Below, one piece after another: positions 11,945 through 23,959 of a DNA stretch of 64,000 nt. Under the pieces are notes generated by a model, which searched no databases, was not told the DNA's origin, and worked only from the letters and a program-made list of their open reading frames with translations. This stretch comes from Octopus vulgaris (lineage: Eukaryota). The DNA is taken from NCBI GenBank assembly GCA_951406725.2, contig OX597823.1:23312001-23376000 (forward strand), written 5' to 3'. The position numbers and the translations under genes are program-made. Each line of letters starts with the position of its first letter. Position 1 is the first letter of the stretch.

Positions 11945-14094
11945 TATACACACACACATATATATATATACTTTGTATTTCATGCTAAAGATTACTACAT
12001 GGTGTACCCAAAGATTTTAACTGTTAATGCATTCATAAATTAAATAAGTTAAATTTACTAGATACACGAAACATTAGCTTTAGTATGTAGGATATTTGGT
12101 TGCTGATAAAAGTCAATAAACCAGAAAAGGCATCATGCAGTCAGTTCCTTTTTCTATTGTCCACATTGAGGTTGTTTCATGACCTGGACAGATCTTTATG
12201 ACTGTTGCATGTATGTAATCAATTTAATTAATCTATTTAATTCATTTACAAATGCTGTGATAGCTAAAAATCTTTGGGTATAGTCCTAAGTAATTGTTAA
12301 TATGGAAAATAAGTATTGCTGGTGCATCAGTAATTCATGTAACACGTGCAATAGCTCAAAATGTGTCTAATATTCAAATCAGTTGACCTAATTTACTTCT
12401 AGCTGTAATTGTAAATACAATTTTTTAGTGGTTTTAAAATGAAGGGTGTTTGATTACTGATGAAAGTTAATAAACTAGAAATAGCAGTGTCCAGTCAGTC
12501 CCTCTTTTACTGATCATGATGAGGGTTTTAATATTAAACAGAGCAGACTTTTTTTGACTAGTTCAGGTGTCTAATATATTTAATCAATTTATGATTACAG
12601 TGACAGCTAAACTCTTTGGGTATACTCCAAAGTAATCTTTAGTATGGAAAATAAATGCTGCTTGCACATTAGTAATTCAGTAATATTTGTATGATTAATT
12701 TCCACTCTTCATTCCTATTTCATTGTTGAAATAGGAAAGAAATGAGAACATTCTGTTGTAAAAGCATTTTGTTCCAACAGCACATATTTTGCATAGAAAC
12801 ACATAAACATATATATATATATGTGTGTGTGTGTGTGCAAGCATTACTGCAGGTATAAATGAAGCTTCCTTTAGAAATTTGCTTTGGAACCACATGACTT
12901 AGAATTCATTCCCACTGCATGGACATTGTCTGCAAGTGTCTACGTCTGTAGCCGTGAATTGACCAATGCCATGTAAGTGGAATTTGATTGATATAAATTA
13001 GGAGCTCATTGTTGTGTATATAAGTCTGTATATTCCCCTTGACTTGATGTGAGAGCACAAACTGTAAACAAAGGTCATCTTCATAGACTGTAATTTGTTT
13101 ACAATCCTCCACAAAAGCATGTCCAGCCTTCAAGTAGTTCATTGTTTAAAGGACTAGGAGAAATATTACCTTATTTGGAAGTGGATGAGGGTTGGCAGCA
13201 AGAAGAGCATCTGGCTGTAGAAAAATCTGCCTCAGTTTCATCTGACCCATTCAATTATGAAAAAGTGGATGTTAATAGTAAGGATGATGATGTGTGTGTA
13301 TATGTGTATTTGCAACTGTTTACACTTCTTTGTTTATTGGTTTCACTCATTGTTCTGTTACCATGCTAGGGCACTGCCCTCAAAGGCACAGTTGATTGTC
13401 AGTTATATCAACCCTTGAACATGACTGATTGAAAAATAAAGTTGACTTGTCTGAGATTTAAATTCAGAATGTAAGGAACTTAACTAAGCTGCCATTTTTG
13501 ATATGGTAAAGGTATAAACTTTTCTTGTTGCTTCCTCTTTGCCCCTAGATGGGTTCTAACTTAGTACTTGAAACAAACCAAAAACTTACAGTCTTCTGCT
13601 CCTAAACATTTCAGAATTTATATCTACTTCAAGAAGGTAACAGTAAGTCCCCTCTGGTGCATCCTTCCCTGGCACTCATTAGCATTAATACCAACGAATG
13701 GCTATCCTTTTCAATTTGTTTTTTATTTCCTCAGGGTCAATAAAATTAGTACCAAGGATTTTATTGACTTGCTCCCTTCTTCAAAATCTGTGACATTGTG
13801 CCAAATGTTAAAAAGTTGTTGACAGAATCAGTAGAATATTAGACATATTGCTTTGTAGTATTTAGTTGTGATCTTTTACAGTCAGAGTTCAAAACCTACC
13901 AAGGTCAATTTAGCCTTTCAACCTTTCAAAGTCGATTAAAAAAACATACTGGTGGTATACTAGGTGTTATTTCATTGACTGTTTCCTGCCTCAGTTTGAG
14001 GATCTTGGTCAATGCTTGAAATCATTATTTTACTATTGTCAGATAGTTATTATAAAGTTTCTTTTTCCTCATTTATTTCCAAATTAATTTTCAG

Positions 14095-14248
14095 GCAATC
14101 AGAAGATGTCTTAATGGATTTTGACAGTTTGATCCAATCTGGAACAGGTTTAGGTACAGCAGCTGTCATTGTGATGAATAACTCTGCAGATGTCATCAGA
14201 TGTATATCCCGTTTAAGTGATTTTTACAAACATGAGAGCTGTGGACAG
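14095..14248 (+). CDS. NDUFV1: NDUFV1 coding exon
   Basis: ttcag|...|gttaat; (K)[51 protein letters not shown]; phase 2-0. Confidence 0.97.
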
Positions 14249-15661
14249 GTTAATACTTTGTTTCATTATTTCTACAATACTTATCATTACAAACACTAAT
14301 CTATACCCCTGAGTATTGCTTGCAACAAACTTATTACATGTCTGTGTATGTGATAGCTGCAAACTCATGTTCTAGTATTACCATTGCCTGATTGAAAGTC
14401 CCACACATGTGAAGACTATAACCAACCATTTTTGTGATGGATCTTACTTTTTTTTCAAGCGATGCATGTGCATGATGATTTTCACAGGGACGTGGAAATA
14501 CCTGGGTTGGTGTCCAGGCACACATTTGGCTCACTGGAAATGGGAGGCCCCTCTGTTGTTGTCACAACCCTCCCCCTCCCAGGAGAGAAAAGCTCTGAGA
14601 GAAAACCTGTGACACTGACAATATTCAATGATGTAGACTAGTTCTCCTTTTTGAGTTTATGTTATGTATGTTCAGTGAGTAGGATTGGATTTGTGCAAAT
14701 CCTTTACCCACTATAAAAAGATCATCATATGTATACACACACATGTGAGTGTTTGTGTGTGTTTAGTTTTAGTTGTGAAGCAACATTGGCTACTCAAGGG
14801 CATGGAATTTCATACCAGGGCACAAGCTTGACAAGTACTCAGACACAAAATTCTAGGTTTTGAGTCGCAGATGTGGCTTCTCAGCTACAATAAAATGATA
14901 TGCTCTACATTATGTATTGAGTTTTGTTTCTCTTTTTCTTCCATTTGAATAATCATTTCAAGATTTGTTAATCCAGTGTTCTGCAGCCAACAAATCTTGG
15001 CTGTATATGTAGTTTATAAGCAGAGTTAGATCATGTAAATTGTAATGCTTTTAAAAGCTGTTGTTTAGCCCTAGTTTCTTGATTAAGTAGGTCAATGATC
15101 AAATATATTCCATTTCTTTCTTTTAAGGGTTTCTAAAAATGCATTGTTCTGTATGCCCTTTCCTTTTTTGAGATGGTATGCAGTGATTTTTTTTATTGAA
15201 TCTTATCATTAGAGGTTCTCACTAAAAGTATTTTTATTGTATTGTATATTTTGGGATTAAATGAATTGAATCAATTAGCGTAAAAGTTCTTGCTCAAGGA
15301 AGCAACTCTCTAGACTTAAGTGTTCTGATGCCTTAAATATTCAGTCTTCATCCTGCTTTTGTGATAGAATGTCAGTTGTATTGAATTGATGCAAAGACTA
15401 CAGTTTCAAGAATCAAACTGAAATTATTAATAAATGACTGCAATAAATACCACTATGATTGCTGCATTGTACTAATACTATACTACATTTATGCCACACT
15501 TTGCAAATACTATGCTACACTAGGTACAATATAATTTTATTCTGTACTTTTGTTCTACTAAATCCTAATTCTATACTATTAATTTTGATTTCTATATTAA
15601 AAGCTGTAATGAAAATTCCTGATACCAGTTGTTCTATATAAGATATTTTAATTTTTTCTAG

Positions 15662-15716
15662 TGTACCCCATGTCGTGAAGGGTGTGCTTGGATGCAAAAG
15701 ATAATGACACGTTTTG
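15662..15716 (+). CDS. NDUFV1: NDUFV1 coding exon
   Basis: tctag|...|gtgagt; CTPCREGCAWMQKIMTRF, completes the CGQCTPC N3 4Fe-4S motif; phase 0-1. Confidence 0.96.
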
Positions 15717-15839
15717 GTGAGTAGAATACTATGTAGTAATCTTTCTCTCTTTGTTCATGCCAATTTATGGAGCTACAAACAACAAATATTAAATATTTTG
15801 TTGTGTGAATAGTTGTGGGGTTAAGTGTTGGCAATAATA

Positions 15840-17111
15840 TCAAGTCATTAAGAATGAAATGTCCAATTTTGAACTGAAAGTTTTCTTTTACTTTATCTCA
15901 ACAAAAAGCAATGGAGTTAACCAAAGTATGCACCTAAAGTATCAATATGATTTTTGCCATTTTATCGGTAGCTTATTTATGCTGGTGGCAAATAATACCG
16001 GAGAGCAAGAGGTGATGAAATCACGAAAGGCTGTTTTTGCATCTTCTTCAGATTTGAAGTTTTTTCATTGCAATAAGTTGTCTAATGCCTGGAAAACATG
16101 ATAGTCAGTTGGTGCAAGGTCTGGTTAATATGGTGGAAAACAGAGTACTTCCAAGTTCAGTTTCTATAACTTGAGTAGCTTCTTTGTACAACATGGTCGG
16201 GCATTGTCTTGCAAGAGAATTGGCCTGTCTCTGTTGACCAATCTTGCAAGTTCACTCATCATTTCATCCATTTGGTTGATGTATACATCTGCTCTAATTG
16301 ACTTACCAGGTCTCATGAAGCTGTATTGGATGACAACAGCGCTGAACCACCAAACAGACACCATTGGCTTTTTTTGGTGAATATTCTTTTTTGGATTGTG
16401 TTTTGGTACTTCATCTCTATCTAACCACCATGCAGAACACTTGCAATTGTTGAAAAGAATCCATTTTTCATCACACATAATAATACGATGAAAAAATGTT
16501 TTGCTTTTATGTTGTGACAGCAATGAAAAGCAAGTTTCAAGATGACGTGTCATTTGATGCTCATTCAGTTTGTGTGGTTTTCACATGTCCAGCTTCTTTA
16601 CCTTGCCAATTTGTTTCATATGGTCCAATACAGTTGGAATCAAAACATCAAACCTTGCTGCTAACTGATGTGTAGTTTGAGATGTATTCACTTCCACTAC
16701 AGTTTCCAGCTCATCATTATCCACCTTGGGCTCATGTCTACAATGGGGCTGATTTTCAAGAGTTAATGTTACCAGACTGGAACTTCTCAAACCAACGACA
16801 TACAATGCACTCATTTGCCACATCTTCACCAAACATCTCATTGATGTTTTGAGCTGTCTGGAATGTGTTGGTTCCACAACAGAACTTATATTCATAAACA
16901 ACATGAATTTTTGATCTGTCCATGGGTTCACAAAAATTGATTTACAAGAGAAAACTCACAATGTAATCATACAGTATGGATTAGTTTTGAAAAGTGATGA
17001 TGTAACTCTTCAATGTTGTAAAACAAAGAATTGTCAGGATAAAACATTAGAGTTAATGACTGTCAAAGTTGGTGCATAAGAAAATTGGACATTTCCTTCT
17101 TAATGACCTGA
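15840..17111 (-). mobile_element. full-length decayed mariner transposon
   Basis: TIRs TCAAGTCATTAAGAATGAAATGTCCAATTTT / AAAATTGGACATTTCCTTCTTAATGACCTGA with TA on both sides; minus-strand CDEKWILFNN...MVSVWW...LLQDNARP with frameshifts. Confidence 0.92.
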
Positions 17112-17399
17112 TATTTATGAACTAATAGATCAAATACTTTAGATTTACTTGGAGTTGTTCCAGCATCTCTTGTTTAACTCCTGGTAAACCTTGACTGAGC
17201 AGGCCTATGATCAAAGGAGTTCCAGACATGACTATCCCCTCCTTCATTCAGACATAACTATTTAATATTCTCTTCTCTTTTCTAAGAAATATGATTTAGG
17301 GAGATTTGGCTGCTATATCTACCAAGTTGAGTGACTGTCTTGTTTATATTGGATTAAATTACTCTCAGACGTATTACACAGAACCAAAAGCCTAACACC

Positions 17400-17900
17400 A
17401 GTACGATATAAGCTTTGGAAGTACAGTTGTTAGAGCAAGAACTGGTCAGAGAAAGTTCAAGGAGTTACCATAACATTTGACAACAAAGATCTTTTCCCTA
17501 AAATGAGAGGCAGTTTGTATGATGTTTGTGTCAGAACTGCAATACTGCACGGTTGTGAAATATTGGCTTTGAATGAAGAGGAACTTGGGAAGACTGGAAG
17601 GAAATGAAGTGAGCATGCTCTGTTGGATATGCAATGTGTGTGTGCATGAAAGAATTGGTTCAAAGGTACTTAGTGAAAAACTGGGAATAAGAGGAATCAG
17701 ATGTTGTGTTCAGGAAAAGAGACTGCACTGGTATAGATGTAAAATTTATGGATGAGAACAGCTGTATAAAGAAGTGCTGTTTGCTTAGTGTTATTGGAAC
17801 CTGCAGAAGCAGAAGACCTAGAATGAAGTGGCAAAAGCTGTCTCAGGACCCTGAGCTTGCCACGTTAGATGACAAAAACTGGGATCTCTGGTGATATGAA
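17400..17900 (+). mobile_element. RTE-like LINE RT C-terminal fragment
   Basis: LYDVCVRTAILHGCE.. and KLGIRGIRCCVQEKRLHWY remnants; related fragments at ~7760-8070, 23150-23660 and 40070-41100(-). Confidence 0.7.
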
Positions 17901-18593
17901 GTTCTCAAAAGGATTCACTCTATTCAGCAAGAAAATAGAATTCTGGAAGTGCTATGTTTTGGGTTTTCCACCTATTACAGTGACTCTCCCTACTGGCTCC
18001 ACAACTGCCCTATCATATATTTCTCTCTTGTCCTCCTCATACTTCTGCTGCTTGCCACCCATCCTCTTCTGCATCTCTCTATCTTCCTCAGCTCATGGTT
18101 CTTGTTTCATCCCCACTTCAACCCTATCGATGTTGGCAATCTGTCTCCTCACTCTTCATTCACCTCCCCATATAATCTTTTAAACCACAGCCCACCCTCT
18201 TCTATGACGACGATCATCATCATCATCATCGTTTAACGTCCGTTCTCCATGCTAGCATGGGTTGGACAGTTTGACCGGGGATCTGGGAAGCCAGAAGGCT
18301 GCACCAGGCTCCGGTCTTATCTGGCAATGTTTCTACAGCTGGATGCCCTTCCTAACGCCAACCACTCCGTGAGTGTAGTGGGTGCTTTTTACGTGCCACC
18401 TGACGATGATTATCAGCCTCCTGAAGACTGAGTGTACCTTTTCTTCTTTCCTTTTCCCCTCACTATTATCTATGTAGATGTAACAAAGGTGTTAAATAAA
18501 GACAATCAGAATAAAACACGAGATAAATTGAATAGTTTGACTTCTCTTTCTACATGTTTAATTTTCCTCCTTTGATCCCAAATTTCTCTTCAG

Positions 18594-18703
18594 TTGCTGG
18601 CAATGGTCAACCAGAAGAAATTGATATGTTATTTGAACTGTCCAAACAGATTGAAGGTCACACCATATGTGCTCTTGGAGATGGTGCTGCTTGGCCAGTA
18701 CAG
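18594..18703 (+). CDS. NDUFV1: NDUFV1 coding exon
   Basis: ttcag|...|gtaaaa; (V)[36 protein letters not shown] with the fourth N3 Cys; phase 1-0. Confidence 0.97.
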
Positions 18704-18892
18704 GTAAAACATAAATAATTATTGGCCTTTTTTTTTTTTGTTACTTTTTTTTCCTATCTGTTTTCTTTCTCTCTCTAATTTGTCTGTCTTTCCATTCTTC
18801 AGTGATTGTGATACAGCTCTGTCCAATATGTTTATAACAGGGAGTTGTATAAGCTGGATTTTATCTCAGAACACTGAGTAACATAACCATCT

Positions 18893-19306
18893 TATTTCTT
18901 TACTGCCCACAAGAGGCTACATACAGAGGGGACAAACAAGGACAGACTTAGGTATTAAGTCGATTATATCAACCCCAGTGCGTAACTGATACTTATTTAA
19001 TCGACCCGAAAGGATGAAAGGCAAAGTTGACCTTGGCGGAATTTGAACTCAGAACGTAATGGCAGACGAAATACCTATTTCTTTATTACCCACAAGGGAC
19101 TAAACACAGAGAGGACAAACAAGGACAGACAAACGGATTGTCGATTATATCGACCCCAGTGCGTAACTGGTACTTATTTAATCGACCCCGAAAGGATGAA
19201 AGGCAAAGCCGACCTCGGCGGAATTTGAACTCAGAACGTAGTGGCAGACGAAATACGGCTACGCATTTCGCCCGGCGTGCTAACGATTCTACCAGCTCGC
19301 CGCCTT
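18893..19306 (-). mobile_element. tRNA-derived SINE, partial head-to-tail dimer, 11-bp TSD
   Basis: minus-strand head GGCGGCGAGCTGG with B-box-like GAGTTCAAATTCC; core GCCTTTCATCCTTTCGGGGTCGAT; TSD CATAACCATCT at 18882-18892 and 19307-19317. Confidence 0.88.
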
Positions 19307-19959
19307 CATAACCATCTATCATAAAGTATGTTGTCCTATGCCTTACTGATTCTTCCCTCCATTCTTTTTTGCTGATACAGTTTACTATACTCTCAGATCA
19401 ACACTGATCAAGCAAACCTATGATTGGAAGCATTCTAACTGTGATCACATCATCATTCTGTGGTTATCTAGAACTAAAGACGTTATTTGAAGTAGATTTT
19501 GCTGCTATTTCTGACGAATTAAAAGACCATGTCGGCTCATAGGAATACTATTTTCAAGAAGAGAAATGACTTCATGAGTGAAGTATTAAACTAACATTCC
19601 ATCAATCACAAGCTCAAATTTGCTGCAGACACTTCATTGTGTTTCTAGGCTGGGCATTTAATTCTGCATTGCATTGTTCATCTTAGTTATCAGATATTTG
19701 TGAGAAAATCAGCTGGAAAGATGAGCATCATCTCCAAAAGAAAGTGGTGGTGTAGTGAGTGAACATTGCTTGAAATGTTTGTCTTGAAACTATAAGTGTG
19801 ATGAATTATTATTATCATCACTCCCACCACCACCACTACCATCACCACCATCACCATTAGTGTAAGTGTTAGGAGGGTTGTGGACAGACAGTATCAGTGT
19901 AGTGATTGATCAAATGCCTTGTTGTATTTAGTTATATCTATTTATGTTATGTCTGTAAT

Positions 19960-20400
19960 TCATGAAATACATGAAGTTTTGAGGGTTTATTTTTGCAAGT
20001 GAGACATTAATTTCATAGACGTACAAACCTCTAATCTCCTTCAAAGAAGAATCCTACAACTTGTAGTACTCCAGCCACTTCATGAAGGCCCCGTGGAAGA
20101 CCCCTAAGGGAAGGTGTCCAGGACCCTTTTCACAGCATCTTTCATCTGAATGTCTTTAAAACAACTGCCCCTGTGGTTTTCCTTCAGCTTGAGAAACAAC
20201 CAAAGTCACAGGGAGCAGAGTCTGGACTGTATGGAAGGTGTTGGTCAGTTTTGATGCCCATCTCTGTCAAGTAGTTGGCCAACAGGATGGAATTGTGGAC
20301 TGGTACATTGTCCTGGTGCAGGTGCCATTGACCTGAGTGGAAGAGCTCTGTCCTTTTGCAACAAAATCTCTTTCTGGACTCCCTCAAAACTGCCACAAGG
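19960..20400 (-). mobile_element. mariner transposase fragment
   Basis: WHLHQDNVPVHNS...HLPYSPDSAPCDF. Confidence 0.8.
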
Positions 20401-20574
20401 TGGAATAATGTGGTTGATTTTTGCTTCTCATTGTCCTGGAGTTAATAAATGCCAGTCAAGTACTGGGGCCAATAAAGTTGACTGTGCCTTCCCCCAACAA
20501 ACGATTTGTTACTTCGTGTTTATGTGAGAAGTCTTTATTGATATTATTGTTCTTTTTGTCTCTTCCTGTTGTAG

Positions 20575-20652
20575 GGTCTCATACGTCACTTCAGGCCTCT
20601 CATTGAGGACCGAATGCTCCAGTACAAGAAGAAGGTGGCTGCAAAGAACTGA
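20575..20652 (+). CDS. NDUFV1: NDUFV1 terminal coding exon
   Basis: tgtag|GLIRHFRPLIEDRMLQYKKKVAAKN-TGA. Confidence 0.96.
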   Translation, partial: GLIRHFRPLIEDRMLQYKKKVAAKN

Positions 20653-20739
20653 AGCAAGAATGAGAAGCAGATGTATTTTAAATTAGAAAGGAAATAAAGA
20701 AGAAAGTCAATATATTTTAACCAGAGAACATTTTATGAA

Positions 20740-20868
20740 TTAACCCTTTTAAATGCAGGTTGTCCTCACCACCACCAATTGGTCCTTTCTTTATAATATG
20801 TAGAATATGCAATGCACAGATATATATATATATATTATATATATATATAATCAGCATTAAAGGGTTAA
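20740..20868. mobile_element. short piggyBac-like MITE in the NDUFV1 3' UTR
   Basis: TTAACCCTTTTAAATGC ... GCATTAAAGGGTTAA around a (TA)n. Confidence 0.55.
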
Positions 20869-20870
20869 AG

Positions 20871-20876
20871 AATAAA
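20871..20876 (+). terminator. candidate NDUFV1 polyadenylation signal
   Basis: AATAAA followed by GT/T-rich sequence; alternative AATAAA near 20693 and 20918. Confidence 0.45.
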
Positions 20877-21394
20877 GGTTGATGTGTTGATTTTGCTTTT
20901 TGTAACTTAGATTTCTAAATAAATTTCTATCAAGGGTTAAACTTGTTATTGTTTTTGTTCATTTCAGTTATTTAGTAATTTTTCTTATACATAAATTTTT
21001 GTACTTAACTCTTATATTTGTTGTCCTCTTTATTTGTTCTTGTTCTGTTATTGTCTCTCTGCAACCTCTTCTCTCTACTATGTGTTGTTATTTTGTTAAA
21101 TGTTTGTCTCTTCCTCCACCTAACAACTGTGATGTCCCTAAACCGATGGTTGTTAAACTTTTATTAATGCTGGAGATCAAATAAGAAGGATTACTGACAC
21201 ACTTCTTATAGAAGGTTAAAATAATAAAACTTTGTTTTTAAGTTACAAACTTTAAAAAGATGTGTAGAAAGTTGTTGCTTTCTCTGTTTTATTGTTCTTA
21301 CATGTGTATGACAGAATTCAAGCATTAGTCTAAATTTTCATAAAATGTAAATTATATTTTTATATTCTGGAACCACTGTAGTATAAAATAAAAA

Positions 21395-21800
21395 TGATAA
21401 TAATAATAATAATAATAATAATAAAACATTGTGTACAGTGCTCAGGTGCACTACAACTCATCTAAAGTGTATATATAATTAGGTGTAGTTTTGGCGGATT
21501 TCGGAAAGCATGAGGGCCTTAAAGGATGCAGTGTCATGGCAGTCAACAACTGACGCAGGCAGTTTATTCCATGCTTCAGCAACTCTGAGTGTGAAAAAAT
21601 GTTTCCGAAAGTCATGGGAGCTGTGTTGTTTTCTGACTTTGTAGGCATGTCCACGTGTATTAGACACATGGAGATCAAAAAGGTGTTCAGTGTTGTTGTT
21701 GGTGAGGTGGTTGATAACTTTGTGGGTGTTTACCAAGTCCGTCGCCAGACGCCGGAGCTTCAGTGAATCCATGCCCAGGGAAACAAGGCGCTCAGAATAT
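21395..21800 (-). mobile_element. CR1-group LINE 3' end with (TTA)n tail
   Basis: YSERLVSLGMDSLKLRRL...TRGHAYKV...RKHFFTLRVAEAWNKLP. Confidence 0.85.
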
Positions 21801-23959
21801 ATAGACACACAGGTGGCTATATCTGTGTGTCTAAAAGTAACAAAAAGCTCTGATTAATTACTCAAAACCACTATTATCATTTAATATCTTTTATGCTAGC
21901 ATGGGTTGGATGGTTTGACAGGATCCTACAATTTTGCAGACTGTAGAGCTCCAGTGTTTGCCTTGCCATGGTTTCTATGGATGGATACCCTTCCCAATAC
22001 CTACTACTTCCAAGTGTATACTGGGTGTTTTTGTGATACCAGCACTAATGAGGTTACCGTGTAATTTGAAACTAAAAAAAAAAATTATATTGCTGCTGTT
22101 AATTATCCAGTTAAATTTTTGAATTCTCTGACACCTTCAGGAATGCCTCCACATGTACCCAAGCTCAAGATTGGATACATTGTCAGGTTATAGTGTAATC
22201 TGAATCCACAGATAGTGTAATGTCTCTGCATGTTCTATACGTTCAAAGAAAAATAAGAAAGGAGAAGAGGTGTTTATCCTTAGGATAAATCTGTCACTAA
22301 ATGATACAAATATTCCTTTTGTGACAAACAAGACAATTTCCCATGATACCTGTATTTACAATCACCATTAACTTATTACAAGAACAGTTATTTAATGAAG
22401 TTGGGGTTTTTAATTCCCTTTCCCTGTATTTAACCATGTGCAGCTTTGTTGCTTTCAGTTGAACAAAAGACAGGAACAATCTTAAGATACTTTCAAATAA
22501 TGATGAAAAACAGGGAAATCTTTTTGGAAACGGCAGTCTTTCTATGAATGTCAAAATAAAAGAACATTTGGAATAATGATAATTACATGTCAAGTTATAT
22601 GTGTGTATATACAACAGATGTATGTAAACATAAACATGCACATAGTCTCATATTGTCACTTTTCAGTGTGAAATTTCATCTCTAAGGGTAGATTGAGCTC
22701 CTTGGTTGGGTGAAAGCAATCAGTTAAGGAGAAGGAAAACCCCAAAATTAATATTGCCTTCCAGCATGCCCAAAGCCAGCATGGAAGGTTGTGGCTGCCA
22801 AAACTAACACGAGGCATGTCAATGTCCTTCAATGTATAAAAGTCTTGCAAATACTATATTATTCATTGTAATTTAAATTTTTATAATTATCATTAAATCA
22901 TTAAGTGAAATAGCAAAAAAAAAATGTTACCAATATAAGATCTGTCATTTTTGATAGCACAAGTGGCAATATGCTTTATATATCAATGTGAACCATTATT
23001 TTCAGAAGACAGGTGGCATTGTCACATTTAAGAAAGACTGGAAATATTTTTTTCTTTTAAGTTTAGTGTGAAGTCTTTGCATATGGAACTGATCAATGAT
23101 TTCTCCTATTCTTTTGATGTCCTGTTTTCTATCATTGATAGAATGGTCAGCATTGAGGACAATGTGGGTATGCTAGTGTGTGTGTGTGCAGTGAATAAAG
23201 ATAGAACTTTGGATTCAGAAAAATCTCCAAGGATTCGAAAAGCAGCAAAGTCTTTTGGTAGTTTAGAGTCTTGGATCTGGTCGCAAAGCCATCAACAATG
23301 AAACAAAAATATCTGTTTTTAAATTCTTTGTGTTATCTTCTCTTCTATACTTCTTGAAACTTGGACATATTACAGACATCACTGCAGACACCCAGAACAA
23401 TTCTATCAAAAATGCTTACTCTATTCTAAAAATAAAATGGAATACATTCAACCCCGACTCTGTTGTTGTAGCTCCACTTGATATTTGTTCCATCCAGGTA
23501 ATAATTTCGAAAAATTGACTACGATGGTCTGAACATATTGTCCACATGACTGACAAGCATTCTCCTAAGTAATTGTTTTACAGGGAATTTGTTTTGGGAA
23601 AAAAGAAATAGTGTAAGCTAAAGAAAAGGTTCAAGAACACATTTAAGAACGTGAAGAATGTAGAATTGATTTTGAAAAATCTGGAACCATTTAAGCTTTG
23701 ACTTCATTAGTTTCCTCACCCTTCTGATGTACTTCTTCTCAATTTTCACTTTTATTTTTATAGTTAGATTCTAATATTCCAAGATATTTATAATTCTTTC
23801 CTTCATTTAGTGATTTTAATGCCTGGCCATATGGTAATTGGATGCCTTCACTCCTGACTACCTGTCCCTTTTTTAAGTCGAACATTATGCTGTTATCTGC
23901 ACCAAATTCATACAAATATCTTTGCTGAAGAGTTTTACAGTTTGTATTAAGGAATCTAT

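Noticed and set aside
12452-12517. C/D box snoRNA (TGATGA...CTGA)
   Set aside because: Boxes absent from the paralogous copy, weak terminal stem, no recognisable rRNA guide
22297-22641. 114-aa minus ORF and possible plus exon near 22460
   Set aside because: No recognisable motif and no consistent splice partner
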